The position numbers and the translations under genes are program-made. The notes under the pieces are model-generated. The model saw only the letters and a list, made by a program, of their open reading frames with translations, did not search any database and was not told the origin of the DNA. From Intoshia linei (Eukaryota; Animalia; Orthonectida), in NCBI GenBank assembly GCA_001642005.1, contig LWCA01000162.1:1-45532 (forward strand): 45,532 nt of DNA, in the 5' to 3' direction. Shown here one piece after another: positions 27,737-40,839 of this stretch. The first letter of the stretch is position 1; the number at the start of each line of letters is the position of its first letter.

Positions 27737-30700
27737 ATGCTAGGGTTGACTCGATTTTTCAAAGTAATTTATTTATAATTAGATTTTATTTCAATGTAGA
27801 TTTCTCAATTGGCTATTTCTAGAAACATACATAAAGACGTAAAGGTTGTTTTTATCATTTTAGTTAACCTTTATAAACTGATCAATTGATGGTAATGTAC
27901 AATTTAATGTTGAAAATGATGGACATTATCTCTGATACGAAAAAGGGCATACTTCGTCAAAATTTCTTATAATTCAATTGTATTTGTTCACGGATAAAGG
28001 TCGTCCTATAATTTTTTTATGCTAATAATTATTGAATGTAAGATGTGTTCTGTAAATTAAGTATTATATGATTTGGTTTAATCAATTATTCTGTAATATT
28101 TTCATACAGTGGCAGTTTTTTATATTTTTTTATAAGGGTTATAGGTATAATTTTGAAATATATTTACACCTAGTGAAACGATAACTAGGGTTCATTTGAT
28201 AAATTTAGAGTTTAAAAGATTTAATGGCTGATATTATACCTAAAAAACAATCGCTAGTAAAAGATTTTCGAAGTAAGCATGGCTCAAAATCAGTTGGTGA
28301 AGTAACAGTGGATATGGTATTTAATTTTTATAATTTAATTATAATAATGTGTCCACATTTCATCATTGATTTTACGGTTTTTCAATGCTTGTTTAGTTTT
28401 TTTTAGTAAAATAAATGAAATGTAGTTTGAGCAGGACCGTGGAGAGTCAACAGTAGGCCCGCATATACAAATCGAAAGTGTTTTGGTATCATCTACCGAT
28501 TGCTCTATTTTACCCAGAAAATCGACATAATTCACTTTTTTATTTTCATAATAAAACTTTGAAGACTACAGTTCCTATTTTTATTAATTTTTCCATAGAT
28601 TAGTAATTCCTCTCCACGGTTTTGAAGTGATTATTCTTGTTTTTATTTCTGCCGATAGTTACACTTAATATTTTTATAATTAATTGAAAATATTGCTCAT
28701 AAGGATATTCAAATAGGATTGAATTATTTGTTGAACAGTTTAATATTTTATATTATATGAAAATAGATGTATGGAGGAATGCGAGGAATAAAAGCAATGA
28801 TATGTGAAACTTCAGTTTTAGACCCTGATGAAGGAATACGTTTCAGAGGGTACAGCATTCCAGAAATACAAAAATTGTTACCAAAGGCTTGTGGTGATGG
28901 AAAACAACCCTTACCAGAAGGGTTATTTTGGTTGTTAATGACTGGCGAAATCCCTACAAAGGAACAGACAAATTCATTATCAAAAGTATTTATTATTTTT
29001 ATTTTATTAATTTCATGGAGTTGACATTAACCTATATTTTAACGATAGCAATGGGCTAATGAAGCGGATTTACCCGAACACGTTGTTAATATGTTAAACC
29101 AAATGCCATTTTATTTGCACCCAATGGCTCAATTTAGTGCGGCTATTACTGCGTGTACTACAGAAGTATGTGTCTTTTTGAATATTTTTAAATGTATTTA
29201 GAGCAAATTTACAAAAGCTAGAGAAGAAGGTGTGCCAAAATCGTGTTATTGGGAGGTAATACAAAAATAAATAATAAAATAAAAAAAAATTAATAATATA
29301 TTATTTATTTTTTATTTGTTAATAAAATAAATTATTCAATTCAAAATATTAGTACATGTTTGATGATGCCATGTCTTTAATTTCTCAAATACCGATTATT
29401 GCTGCTACTATTTATCGAAATGTTTACCATAATCGCGTCTTAACTGGTTTAATTAGTGCAGATAATGACTGGTCCAAAAATTTTAGTCAATTGTTGGGTT
29501 TTGATGATACACAATTTACTGAATTGATGCGATTATATCTCACCATTCATAGGTAATGATTTTTTTATAATGACACTAGCTTTATTGTTGTGTAATTTGT
29601 ACAAATAGCAGCTAGCGGGCCAAGGTCTAGCGTTTCATGATATTTAGTTTTACACTACATTATTATTAACATAATACATTACGTATATGTATATCCCAAA
29701 ATTTTTATTTCTAATGAGTTTATGAATTGTTTTTGTATATAATGAATTTTGTCTTCCCAAAAAAACAAAGTTATATCGAAAATTTTGGTTCATAGTATAT
29801 TAAAATTCGTAGACGAGGAATATGTTGATTTCTGAGTTTAAAATTTTTTATCTATATTACCTGGAATAAATTTTATTAGAGTAATCTTTTTAGAAAATAG
29901 TAGGAACACGAATTATAATTTAGTAATTAATAATTGTCGTGTCGACAGTTTTATTTTATTTTATGATAATTGAATAATTTGCAAATCAAAATACTAAATT
30001 TCTTTTTGACAGTGAAAACTGAGATCGAAATTTATTCTGTATGTGAACTGAAAAAAACTATTAGATAAGTTTTGTCTTTAAATTCTAGGACTTTTTTTTA
30101 TTTTTCAAAATAATGGTTAATTTGTAGTTTTGACCATGAAGATGAAAATTTCTAAGTAAAATTTATCTTAATTTTCGCACTGAAAAAATTTAAAAGATTT
30201 TGTTTTTAGAATTTCTGAGACTTAATTGTCTGAATAAATAGTTACTAGCGCACATTTGTAGCAATTGTTAAGTTTGATGAACAAGGATTACGATTGTTTT
30301 TATCTAATCTCTTTTTTAACATGATAATTTGTGAAATCTACGCATATTAAATTAATATGTATGTAAATAAGAATACATTTTATAATGTAGTCATTTTTTA
30401 AATTATAAATTTTAGTGACCACGAAGGAGGAAATGTTAGTGCTCATACGTGTCATTTAGTTGGCAGTGCACTTAGTAGCGCATATCTTTCTTTTGCTGCT
30501 TCAATGAATGGACTAGCCGGTCCATTGCACGGATTGGCTAATCAGGTAATAATCATGAAAAATTATATGCACCTTTAAGTATAGGAAGTTTTGGTATGGT
30601 TGAAAGCAGCATTGCAAGAATTAGGAGATGATTATACTCAAGATCGCTTAGAAAAATTTGTTTGGGATAATTTAAACTCTGGAAAAGTATTTTTTATATT

Positions 30701-31849
30701 TTATATTTCATTATTTTACAATTTAAGCCTATACCAGGATATGGTCACGCAGTTTTAAGAAAAACTGACCCTCGATATACGTGTCAGCGTGAATTTGCTT
30801 TACAATATTTACCAAAAGATAAAAAATTTAAATTGGTATCTGACTTGTACAAAATAGTTCCAGATATTTTAAAGGAACACGGAAAAGCCAAAAACCCTTG
30901 GCCGAATGTAGATGCACATAGTGGTGTTTTGTTAACGGTAATTTTGAAGGAATATACTTGAATAATAACGCAGAATATTTTTTTCATCAATTTATTTGTG
31001 GTGGGACACCTTGTCTACCCTGTAATATAACGAGTCTTAGATTTACCTAAATCAGTGCTTCTCAAAGTAATAAACATCATGGACCCCGAAAATTCAAAAA
31101 TTATGTATCATAGACCCCCTAAAATTTAATATATTTAAACGGGATTTTTTCCTTAAGGGTTAGTAAGATTGAATCTTCTCTTTAAGGGTTGGATTAAGAG
31201 GATTTTTCATGTATAGTTTGGTAAAATGGCAATTTTCAAAAAAAATATAAAAAGTGGATTTCTCCTTTAAGGGTTTTCTTTTGATATTGGATTAGGTGGT
31301 TTTTTCCTTAGAATTGGTGATTATATTATTTTTTTTAAAATATTGAAAAAGGAGATTTTTATTTTAAGGATTTAAAATCTGTAATTTAGCTTTAACACAT
31401 TAAGTACCTATCAATCATTAGTGCAAAAATATCATGTTGTGTAATAAATACACACAATTCCACATAGCTTGTTAAATTTTACAATAAATTTCACTTTAAA
31501 ATAACGAATATTCCTCAAAGGGTTAATATTAAATTCATTCCTGGAATAATACATTACTTTACCGGTGCACCCCTGTTATATATCTTGGGCGTTTTGAGAT
31601 GCACTTACCTAACTGAAAAAATAATTAAGTTAATATATGAATAGATTAATTAGTCTCATCAATTTTTAATAACTTAATTAAAAAATTTAGCATTACGGAT
31701 TATATGAAATGGAATTTTACACCGTTTTGTTTGGAGTATCACGAGCTTTAGGTTGCATGAGCCAATTGGTTTGGGCGAGAGCAATGAACTACCCAATTGA
31801 AAGACCAAAGTCTCTTAACACACTTGGTTTAATGAAACTTTTTAAATAA
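27737..31849 (+). CDS. CS: Citrate synthase, mitochondrial (~11 exons)
   Basis: Targeting peptide MLGLTRFFK|[13 protein letters not shown] (27737-27763, 27800-27838), then [88 protein letters not shown]. Confidence 0.97.
28432..28624. mobile_element. Small TIR element (MITE) in citrate synthase intron
   Basis: CAGGACCGTGGAGAG / CTCTCCACGGTTTTG (13/15 inverted match); no clear TSD. Confidence 0.7.
29576..29632 (-). mobile_element. Second probable Helitron 3' end, in citrate synthase intron
   Basis: CTAGCTTTATTGTTGTGTAATTTGTACAAATAGCAGCTAGCGGGCCAAGG aligns with 6870-6921. Confidence 0.45.
31053..31606. mobile_element. hAT Buster-type MITE in last citrate synthase intron
   Basis: CAGTGCTTCTCAAA / TTTGAGATGCACTT; TSD ACCTAAAT/ACCTAACT. 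Confidence 0.8.
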
Positions 31850-31944
31850 AATTTGATCCTCGTTTGTATTCGTAATCTCGGTAACAAACTATAACATTAA
31901 AAAGTTCAACTAAAAAGTTTATAAATTGAGAAAGTGAGCATTAA

Positions 31945-34900
31945 ATGCAAATTGATGAGTGGATATATTGTTACAAATGGTTATTAAAATGCAAAGTTTT
32001 ACCTCCAGGTCACAATTTAATAGACACAGATAATGCCGATGCGTTTCATTTGGCACAATTATTACGAGACGGTGTTTTATTGATTCATTTACTTAATACT
32101 TTGTCTCCGCAAATTATAAATATGAACGATGTAATCCGGAAGCCTGGTTTATCTAGAGTTAAATTCTATTAAACTTAATAATTAAATGTTTAGTTTTTAA
32201 GTTTAAGAAATATTAGAATGTTTCTTCAAACATGTAAAACCCATTTTGGTTTAAAAGAGACGGATCTATTCACCCCGGAAGACTTATTTGACGTAAATTA
32301 GAATTTCTTAAAAATAAAATAGATTTTAGGTTAAAAACTTTGCAAAGGTATTATTTTAGTTTACTTATAACATTTTAAGGTCATTTGTACTCTGTCAAAA
32401 TTGTCGAGACTATCATCCGTCCAAGACTTGTCACAAGGGTAAGTTTTTACAAACTTGATAAAATTTTTAGTGGATTTCCGCCTGGAAACACAGTTGCAAA
32501 ATTTGATCCAGGCTATTACAATACTTTGGAAGAATTAGCCAAGTAAATTTAATTGATTGTATTGTCATTTATAGCGAACACGAAGTTGTAACATCCTCAA
32601 ATCCATATGATTACACTGAAACGGGGAATGACATTTATGGTTCATTAGTAGATTCTGCTGTACCTGTAGAACTTGCAGTATGAAAAATGACATGGCTTGT
32701 TAAAAATTTATTTAGGTTTTAAAGCCGAAAAATGAAATTGAATATTGTAATTTATTTATAATTTTTATATTTTTTAAGGTATGGAAGAGATTGTGATCAC
32801 CGAAAAAAGTTATATCAATACATTGGAAATGATTGTTTCGGTAATTATTTATTTGCCAAATTTTATAAAATTAGGGATTCGATCGTCCATTAGAATATGT
32901 ACTTGATACCGAAGATCACACATTACTGTTTCATTTGATAAGAGTATTTCCTATCAAGTTTTATCTTTAATTTTCATTTTACTAGGATTTACTTGCAATA
33001 CATACTGGATTCTATGCTGACTTAAAAAAATGTATTGCTTCACGAGATAATAATGAAATTGCAACAGTATTTTTGGATTGGCAGCCAAAATTTTTAATTT
33101 ATGGAAATTTTTGTGGTAAACTCGACATTTGCTTGAAAAGATTACAAGAAATTAAAAAACAAAACGACAGTGTTAGTCACAGTATTCAAGTAATTTTTAT
33201 TTTATTATATATATCTTTATATTTAAACTAGCAATGTGAAAAGTTACAAAATAATGGAAAGTTTACTTTAAATTCTATATTATTGGTCCCGATGCAAAGA
33301 GTTTTAAAGTATCATTTGTTGATCAAGGTTTCTGCAGATACATTTTTATTTTAATATAATTAGGGATTAATTAAATTTAATGTTAAAGTTTCTGCTGATG
33401 TAGTGAAATTAACAGCTTCATTGGAATCTTTGAAGGTGATTTGTATTTAAAACATTATTATTCATAAATCAATCTAGGATTTAGCAACATATGTAAATGA
33501 ATGTACTCGTGATGTTGAAGCCATTGAAGCTATTTTAAATATTGATAAATCGTAATTATTCAAGTTCAATTGTTTGATATAAATAAGGACCTTCTAAATT
33601 TCGTTTCACCACATTAAATTAATTTGTATTTTTATATTTATTTTGAAAAATATTTAATATAATCATGCCCGATTATTTTCTGATAGATATCTTCATACGC
33701 CGATAAATTATAAAAATTTTTGTTTGTTGTTACGTTTACAACTATCATTAACCTTAGTATACTGGAAAACACTTGACTAAACAGTTTTACTTTTTAAACG
33801 TAAATTAAAGCGCCGCAAAATTATTTAAACATTATATTGTTTGATAACAATATATTTTTTTAACTTGTTCCAAATAAATCACGTACATGTTGTTATTTTC
33901 GACCACCTTTGACATTTATAGATCAGAAACAAGAAATATTTACAGGTGGTTTACATTTTTGAAACTTATGGTACCCATTTCCCTTGAAACACTTTTATTA
34001 ATGTTGACACGTTAATGAAATACTTACCCACACATTTTAGAGTCTTTCACTGACTTCATTAACGATTGGTGCTATTTAATATATTAAATATACTAATATA
34101 TTCTAATTAAAATAGAATTTTCGGATTAAAATTGGTAATCAAAAATTTTAATCAATTTAAATTGACATAAATTCACAGCCTAACGATTCAACAACACTAA
34201 AAGATTATGGAAAAATAATTAAAGATGGGCCTTTGAAATTTCGTACTGAAAATGATAAAAAGTTTCATTCCCGGTAATTTGTTTAATGTACACTAGCGTA
34301 TAATTTTTACAATATTTAGATACATTTTCCTTTTTAATAAGTTGGTTTTAGTATGCAAGCCTCGAGTATATATCATTTATATATTGTTTTATTGTTTTTA
34401 GGGAGATACCTTTCTATACAAAATGTCAGTATCTTGTAAAAATATGCATTTTAGTGATCAACCCGACATTTTAAAACAAAAATCTGTTAAAGTAATTATA
34501 TAAAAATTTATAATTAATATATATTTATAGTATGTATTAGTGTGTTCAACATATTTAGAAGTACTTTTTTGTACTTTTACTGAGTTTTATAAAATTTGTA
34601 CTGAGTACTTTAAAAAATACTTTTTAATAAACTTTATTTAAATATTTTACTTAGATTTTGAAAAGTTTCCAGATGTTGGTATTTTATCCTAAAGCCTAGA
34701 CGACGGCTACATTATTATTTAAAAAATCCCACTTTTATCCACCATTAATAAAATCTAATAAAAAATCAAATTTTACAAATCCTTAAGTCAGTACTTCCCA
34801 AACTTTTTATTTTCGCGACGCACTATATACATTGAATATATTTATATCTTTGAAAATGTGTATTATCATAGTCGTTCTCAAACTTTTTTAATAAGGGTCC

Positions 34901-37220
34901 CCTCAAATGCAATAATTTATAATTACAGAGAAATATATTTTAAAGTTATTGTTTTAGAGTATTTATAAAATGTATATACTTTAAACATTTAATAAACATT
35001 TTTTATAATTTTAAATTATACATCGTTAAAATAAATAATAAAAATTAAAAAAAATCTGATTCAGCTGCCGGTATACCATTTGGAAAGCACTGCCTTAAGT
35101 TAACGATCCCCTTTTATCTATATTTATTAGAAAAATCTAATTTCACCAAACCATTAGAGCATTGCCGAATATACCGTACCGAGCCTCCTTCCAAAGGGAG
35201 GTTTTATTGAAATTTTTGTAAAATTGGTGTCTCATTTTTTAAAATTGAACATTAAAATAATTTATAAATATGATAAAGAATTATTAATTGTATATTGAAA
35301 TTATTATTTAATTGTTTATGATGCAATGTGAATTTTAACAAAATACTTAGTTTTACTTTACTGAATTAAAAAACTAAGTTGAACTCACTAGTATATATAC
35401 TTTAGTGGAATTCCTACTTTGCTCTAAAAAATTCAGACGGAATGGAGTATTTTTTTGTTACAAAACTGGAAGAAGAAAAAAGAAAATGGGAAAACGCATT
35501 TTCTAAAGTTTAGTTAGTAAGGTAAAAGTTCGAAAATAAATTGCTATTTAGTGATATCTTGCATCCTTCTGGTTATTTATCTAATAAAGATGAATTTGAC
35601 TTAGAAAGTATTGCTTCCCCAGCTTATTGTGACGTATGCCAAAAACTTTTAAAGTTTTATTTTGTTTCTTTATATAATTATATTTAGTGGTTGTTTTTTT
35701 CAAGGATATAGAGGCAAGAGTAATATATTTAAATTTTATATAATCTATACATTTTTATCTAGAAAGTGGTATAACCTGTCATAAGGATTGCATTACTATG
35801 CAAGAAAAATCAGTTTCAGGTTTTATAGTATATTTCGTCTCGTTATGAATATTTTAGTTCCACCTTTGCCACCTCGTAGACCTGAGATCATTTCTACCAC
35901 ATCTAGCGCGTCACCTCAACTAAAAAATAATGCAAAAACTGGTTTATACGTGTTTTGTTGTATATAACTCTTTAGTCTTCTCAATTATGGAATACAACGG
36001 TTTCCCACCACCTCCAGATAAAAAAGAAACCTTGCGTTTCAATATTAACCAGGAAATCACAAATGTTGATACGGAAAATTTGACTTGGTGGCGTGTAATT
36101 TATATTATTTTTAAATTTAATAATAATTGTACACAAGGGAACAATTGACAACCGTACAGGTTATTTCCCGTCCAATTTTATTGTTGATGTTGCTGAAAAA
36201 TCTACAGAAAACAGTGCATTTAAAAAATACTCATGGTAAATTTTATAAAATAAAATGTATTTTTTCAATAGGTTTGTCGGCGATATGGGTAGAATTGAAT
36301 CTAAAAAACGATTAGAAAGCACACCTTCTGGGACCTTTATGGTAAGAATTAGCACAAATCCATCACGATTAGGTGAACTCGCCATTTCTATCAAGTATTG
36401 ATATTTGAAATGATTTATCCTACTTTTAGATTTGATGATACTACCAATCATATACGTATTATAAAGGAAAGCCACCATTACTACATTGCAGACTGTTTAA
36501 CGTTCCCTAGTATACCCGTAACATTCATCATTTTCTGTTTAATCTTTATTATTTAGAGTTTAATAGTATATTATCAAACAAATTCATTGAAATATAACTT
36601 TTGTGAATTAGACACCACCCTCCTTTTCCCTTATAACGAATACCTTCACAGAAACTCTTCTCAAATTAAAAGTAATTACTAATTACTAAATAGGTTGTTA
36701 ACTTTTATCATTAGTTGTGGATATTCATGATTATGTGTTTACCAAACTTTTTTTTGATGGTATATCTTAAGTTTCTAAAAAAATTTTAGTACAACTTCGT
36801 TTTTTAAAATTTGGAAAATATTTCCCAGTGTTTCCCAGTCAAGGTATCACGAAATACATACAAAAAGTAAGTACATCCCTATCTAAATCATAAGATTTTT
36901 TTGAAATTTTTAGAGAGTTATAAAGGTATAAAGGTCGGTCAGAAAACCCTAAATTGATGTGGAATGTATATTTTTGGTAATTTTAAATAATTTTTAGAAT
37001 ATGTGCTACAAACTGGTGTAGTAAAAAAAGTATACACTCCAGTTTCAGAATTTGATTTATGTTTAAAATATGGAGAACTTGTTCTAGTTTTAGGAAAAGA
37101 AACTCACCAACGTGACATGTGGAGAGGTGTATCAAATGGATTTGTAATTATTCTATTTTTAAGTTAATTTTGCCTTAGATTGGTTTCTTTCCAAAAGATT
37201 TCATTAATTCTTTGTGTTAA
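31945..37220 (+). CDS. VAV: Vav guanine nucleotide exchange factor (CH-Ac-DH-PH-C1-SH3-SH2-SH3), ~29 exons
   Basis: CH: W..C..WL..CKVLP, LAQLLRDGVLL.HLLN, LRNIRMFL.TC, DLFDVKNFAKV. Acidic region DIYGSL. DH: EIVITEKSY, LVPMQRVLKYHLL, YVNE. PH: DYGKIIKDG.L. SH2: WFVGDM.R, GTFMVR, LDTTLLFPY. C-terminal SH3: WRG..IGFFP. Confidence 0.95.
34538..35390. mobile_element. hAT Ac-type MITE with nested Buster-type MITE (34789-35092) in Vav intron
   Basis: Outer TIR TAGTGTGTTCAAC / GTTGAACTCACTA, TSD GTATGTAT/GTATATAT. Inner TIR CAGTACTTCCCAAA / TTTGGAAAGCACTG, exact TSD CCTTAAGT. Confidence 0.88.
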
Positions 37221-37565
37221 TATATTTATTAAACCATTACAAATTGTCGCAATATTTAACAATATTGAGGGCAGTCAAATTAGTTATCTTTATAATTTGC
37301 AGAACAGATTTTTAGCTAAAGAGTATGAAATTAAGTCAATTTTTGTGTGTCACGTTTCTACAACATAAAAATAAACCCTAAATCTAATTAATTTAAAACG
37401 GTAGTCATGTTCTTATAAATAAGGAATACCCAACAAATCGACCGGAATCGACTAGTGACTAGTCGATTGCGCATGATTTTTTAATTGACCAAAGCTTCGA
37501 TATAAAAACCATTTGATGAAACAATACTTTTAATTATATCTCAGAAAGATATACAATGTAATAAT

Positions 37566-38234
37566 CAGGGATTGGAATTAATTAATTTATATGAATTTTT
37601 TGCATTTAATTGAAAAATGAAAAAATATTTTCCATTTAATTGCTTTATGAAAAGTAATTGCAATAAATTGGTTTTTTGAAATATAAAAAATTTTTAATTA
37701 ATTGAAGATTGAAACAATATCATAATAATTTTTAAAAAATTGGTCATGTGGTTATAATGAATATATTAAAATGCTGTTTGTCCGAAGTACATAACATTCA
37801 AGCTAGTAGGTTAAATAAATCATCTTTCTAGTGAAAAACGCGTTTCTATTTTTCTAAAATTGCATAGAATAATGAGAAGTTGTTAGTTTTATTATACAAT
37901 ATCAAACTATTTTAGTTGAATTATACTTTATTTGCAAAATAGTATTTAGAAAATATTATTTTATTTTGTTTCTTTCTTTGAATTTGAAAATACAATTATT
38001 TATGGAAAATAATAGAGCACGGTGGGACTGTGATACGCTACAACGAGTGTTGACAATGTCAACTTGAAACCTTAATATTGTATTATTATATATTATAGTG
38101 TATAATGATTAAATTTAATTTTTCCATCCAATCATCAATAAAAAGATTCAATTTATATTTTTTTTAATTTTTTGGCAAACAATTAATTGCTTTATACAAA
38201 ATAATTGATTGCAATCAATTATTTCCAATCCCTG
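37566..38234. mobile_element. hAT Ac-type MITE, 669 bp
   Basis: Perfect 12-bp TIR CAGGGATTGGAA / TTCCAATCCCTG; exact TSD GTAATAAT. Confidence 0.92.
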
Positions 38235-38503
38235 GTAATAATAATGTAATGCATAAATGGAATAATAAAAGTGGTAGATGAGTTTGATGTATGATTTATT
38301 GATTTTAAAAAGATTGAAAAAATTTAGATTATAAAATACTATTGCATCAAAAATTTGAGATGTATTCCATTTGGATAAGGGAAAAACGGAATTAGAAAGT
38401 TTGTCATTGAAAGCTAACATTTATTTTTTATCTAGTGCCTCAAAAGATGAATTTTAGAAATATATTGATCAAGAAAAATACGTAAATTTACGAAGTTGTA
38501 GCG

Positions 38504-38965
38504 CAGGGGTTCTCAACCTTTTTTTCAGAAGGGGCACATTTTATCAATATGAAATAATTTAGAATCATCGCAGGCCACAATTTTTTTAAAAAAACTTTTT
38601 ATAATAGTTGAAAATTTTGGCATATTTTTGCCGTTAATAATTGAAATGTCGGTAAAATTTATAATGTTTCTAATCGTAACATAACCTCGAAATATTGATT
38701 AGGTATTTAAATTTATTTTTAATAAACGCCATATTCGAAAAAGCAGATTGACATGAATATTTTGTTCCACATGTCAATAATTTCAATACACATGAGTGAA
38801 ATTTATAAAATTGTTGGTTATGTTCGTATTGTCATTAGCCATTTTTGTATGGGGTTTATTAAATTATTAGCAGACATGTATTTTACTGAGAAACTATTTT
38901 TAAAGACAATAAATTCCAGTTCTCCATTTTGCAGTCCAATTCTTTCAAATTCTTGGAATATATTA
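38504..38965 (-). mobile_element. Truncated hAT element with transposase C-terminal remnant
   Basis: CAGGGGTTCTCAACC after TTGTAGCG; similar to ~1168-1790. Confidence 0.75.
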
Positions 38966-39428
38966 AAGGACTGAATAAATTTAACAAATATTCTAATAGA
39001 TTGAAAACCATTGTACTAATCTAATGCTCTAAATTGAAAATTTTTATTATAAAAATAAATGTATTTTTTATAATTTTGAATAAAATGGTACACATTTGTG
39101 TATGTATTCACTTTCCATTCTTGATTAGATCTTACAAATTAATCTACATATCAGTACATCGGATGTTACTTTGGTTTGACTATGTATTTAATTATTATTT
39201 GGTTTTTTATACAATTTATGTAGCTCCTATAACATATTTTTTAATTAAAAAGTCAGTTTTATTTATTTGTCTAAATTCAAAATGAGTTCGATACATTGAT
39301 AATTATATTGTATAATATCAATTCTACTTTCAAAGTAACACACCGCAAGAAGTAAACATTTGTTCAATAGTAAAATGGCATATCGGTGGAACTCAGGAAA
39401 CTAAATTATTAGATAACATTAAATTACA

Positions 39429-40007
39429 ATGGAGAAGAATGACGTTGATCTCAGCTTTCAATCAGAACATAGAAATGTTTCAAATAGTGATGGTATATAT
39501 TACATATTGTCAAATTTTATTGTAAACGTTTAAAATAATTTAATTTGATTAAAATCATTATCCTATTTGACAATATGTCTACATCTCTTGAGTAAATTTT
39601 ATCAGGGTAAATAAAATGTTGAGATTTTAATGAATTTTATATTTTTAGATAATTATGCAAACTTTGAAATCAAAAATTTAAAATCGGACGTTCTCAGTTG
39701 TCCAAAATGCATGACAATATTTTGTTACGAGTGTAAAAAGTAATGATAAAATATTACATAAAAACGTAATTATTAAACGATAAATGAAATAAAATTTAGA
39801 CTCGAAATATATCCTAATTTATACAAATCAATATCTGTGTTTAATTGTGATTTGGAAAATGATAAACAGATTAAAAAAAATGAATGGAGAGATGTAGGAT
39901 TGTTTCAATCAACTGTATGTCGATCATGTGATTCTGAAATTGGTTATCGAGACGGAAATGAAGTGTATTACTTTTTCAATGTTATCAAGAACTCTGAATA
40001 TTACTAA
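39429..40007 (+). CDS. EAPP: E2F-associated phosphoprotein (EAPP)-like, ~120 aa
   Basis: Exons 39429-39492 (tentative), 39649-39739, 39800-40007: SDVLSCPKCMTIFCYECK..Y.NLYKSISVFNC..TVCRSCDSEIGYRDGNEVYYFFNVI matches recalled EAPP C-terminus (SDAVLNCPACMT.LC.DCQ..V.C..C.TEV..D.DEV.HFFNVL). Confidence 0.82.
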
Positions 40008-40839
40008 TCTAATTCATTTCCACTGTAATAAATATTATTGTGTTATAAATTATAATAAATTTATTTATTTATCTTACAATTATAGGACACATTGGATAGT
40101 ACTCATAATTTATCCCAAATCGATGTTTTAAATTAAATCTTCAACATTTTCATGTTGATATCACATTCATAACAAATAAATTGACTAGAATGTGATTTAA
40201 AAAACTGAAATTTAAAGACATTTTTATGAAATACTCTGTAAATTCGGAAAAATGGAATTTTTCCTTTTAATGGTTAATAAAACTGGATTTTATAATATTT
40301 ATCAGGTTGTGTATTTTTTTATAATTCTAGAACTCGTTTGATTTTTAAAAAAGGATAATGATGGTTTTTAACCAGGAAGGAATCAATTTCTGAAAAGTAA
40401 ATTTTCGATAAAATCTAATCGACGAATAATAATTAAAAAGCGGTATTTTTGAAACTACACACCTCTTACTTTCTTAAATAAACTGGAACAAACAGATTAC
40501 ATTGTTTAATCGAACGTTTTATTTCTAAAAATTAAAATTATCAGTTGAAAATCGTATTAGTTATAAAAATGAAATTTTCTTACATTGCTTATTTATAAAT
40601 TAAAATAGTAGGCCCTTAGTCCCTCTCAACGGTCTTACATAAGAATTCTTTCATCTCTAACAAAAATTATTTTAATAATTAATTAACCGTTAAAATAACA
40701 GGTTTTACTGTATTTCTTTTTTGACAGTATTCCATTTAAAGATGATTGCAATTTTAACATTATTTATACATTTATTCCATTATTATTTTTTCTTATTTAA
40801 TTTTATAAATTAAAATTGTAATTTTAGTAATAGTTAGAG

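Noticed and set aside
27910-27960. ATGATGG...CTGA as an intronic C/D snoRNA
   Set aside because: Imperfect C box, no terminal stem and no recognisable guide. EF-2 introns also showed no convincing C/D boxes.
36714-36966. Possible cassette exons between Vav SH2 and C-terminal SH3
   Set aside because: A 45-nt phase-1 exon (36714-36758) is possible but has no homology support; direct splicing 36672-36997 is already in frame.
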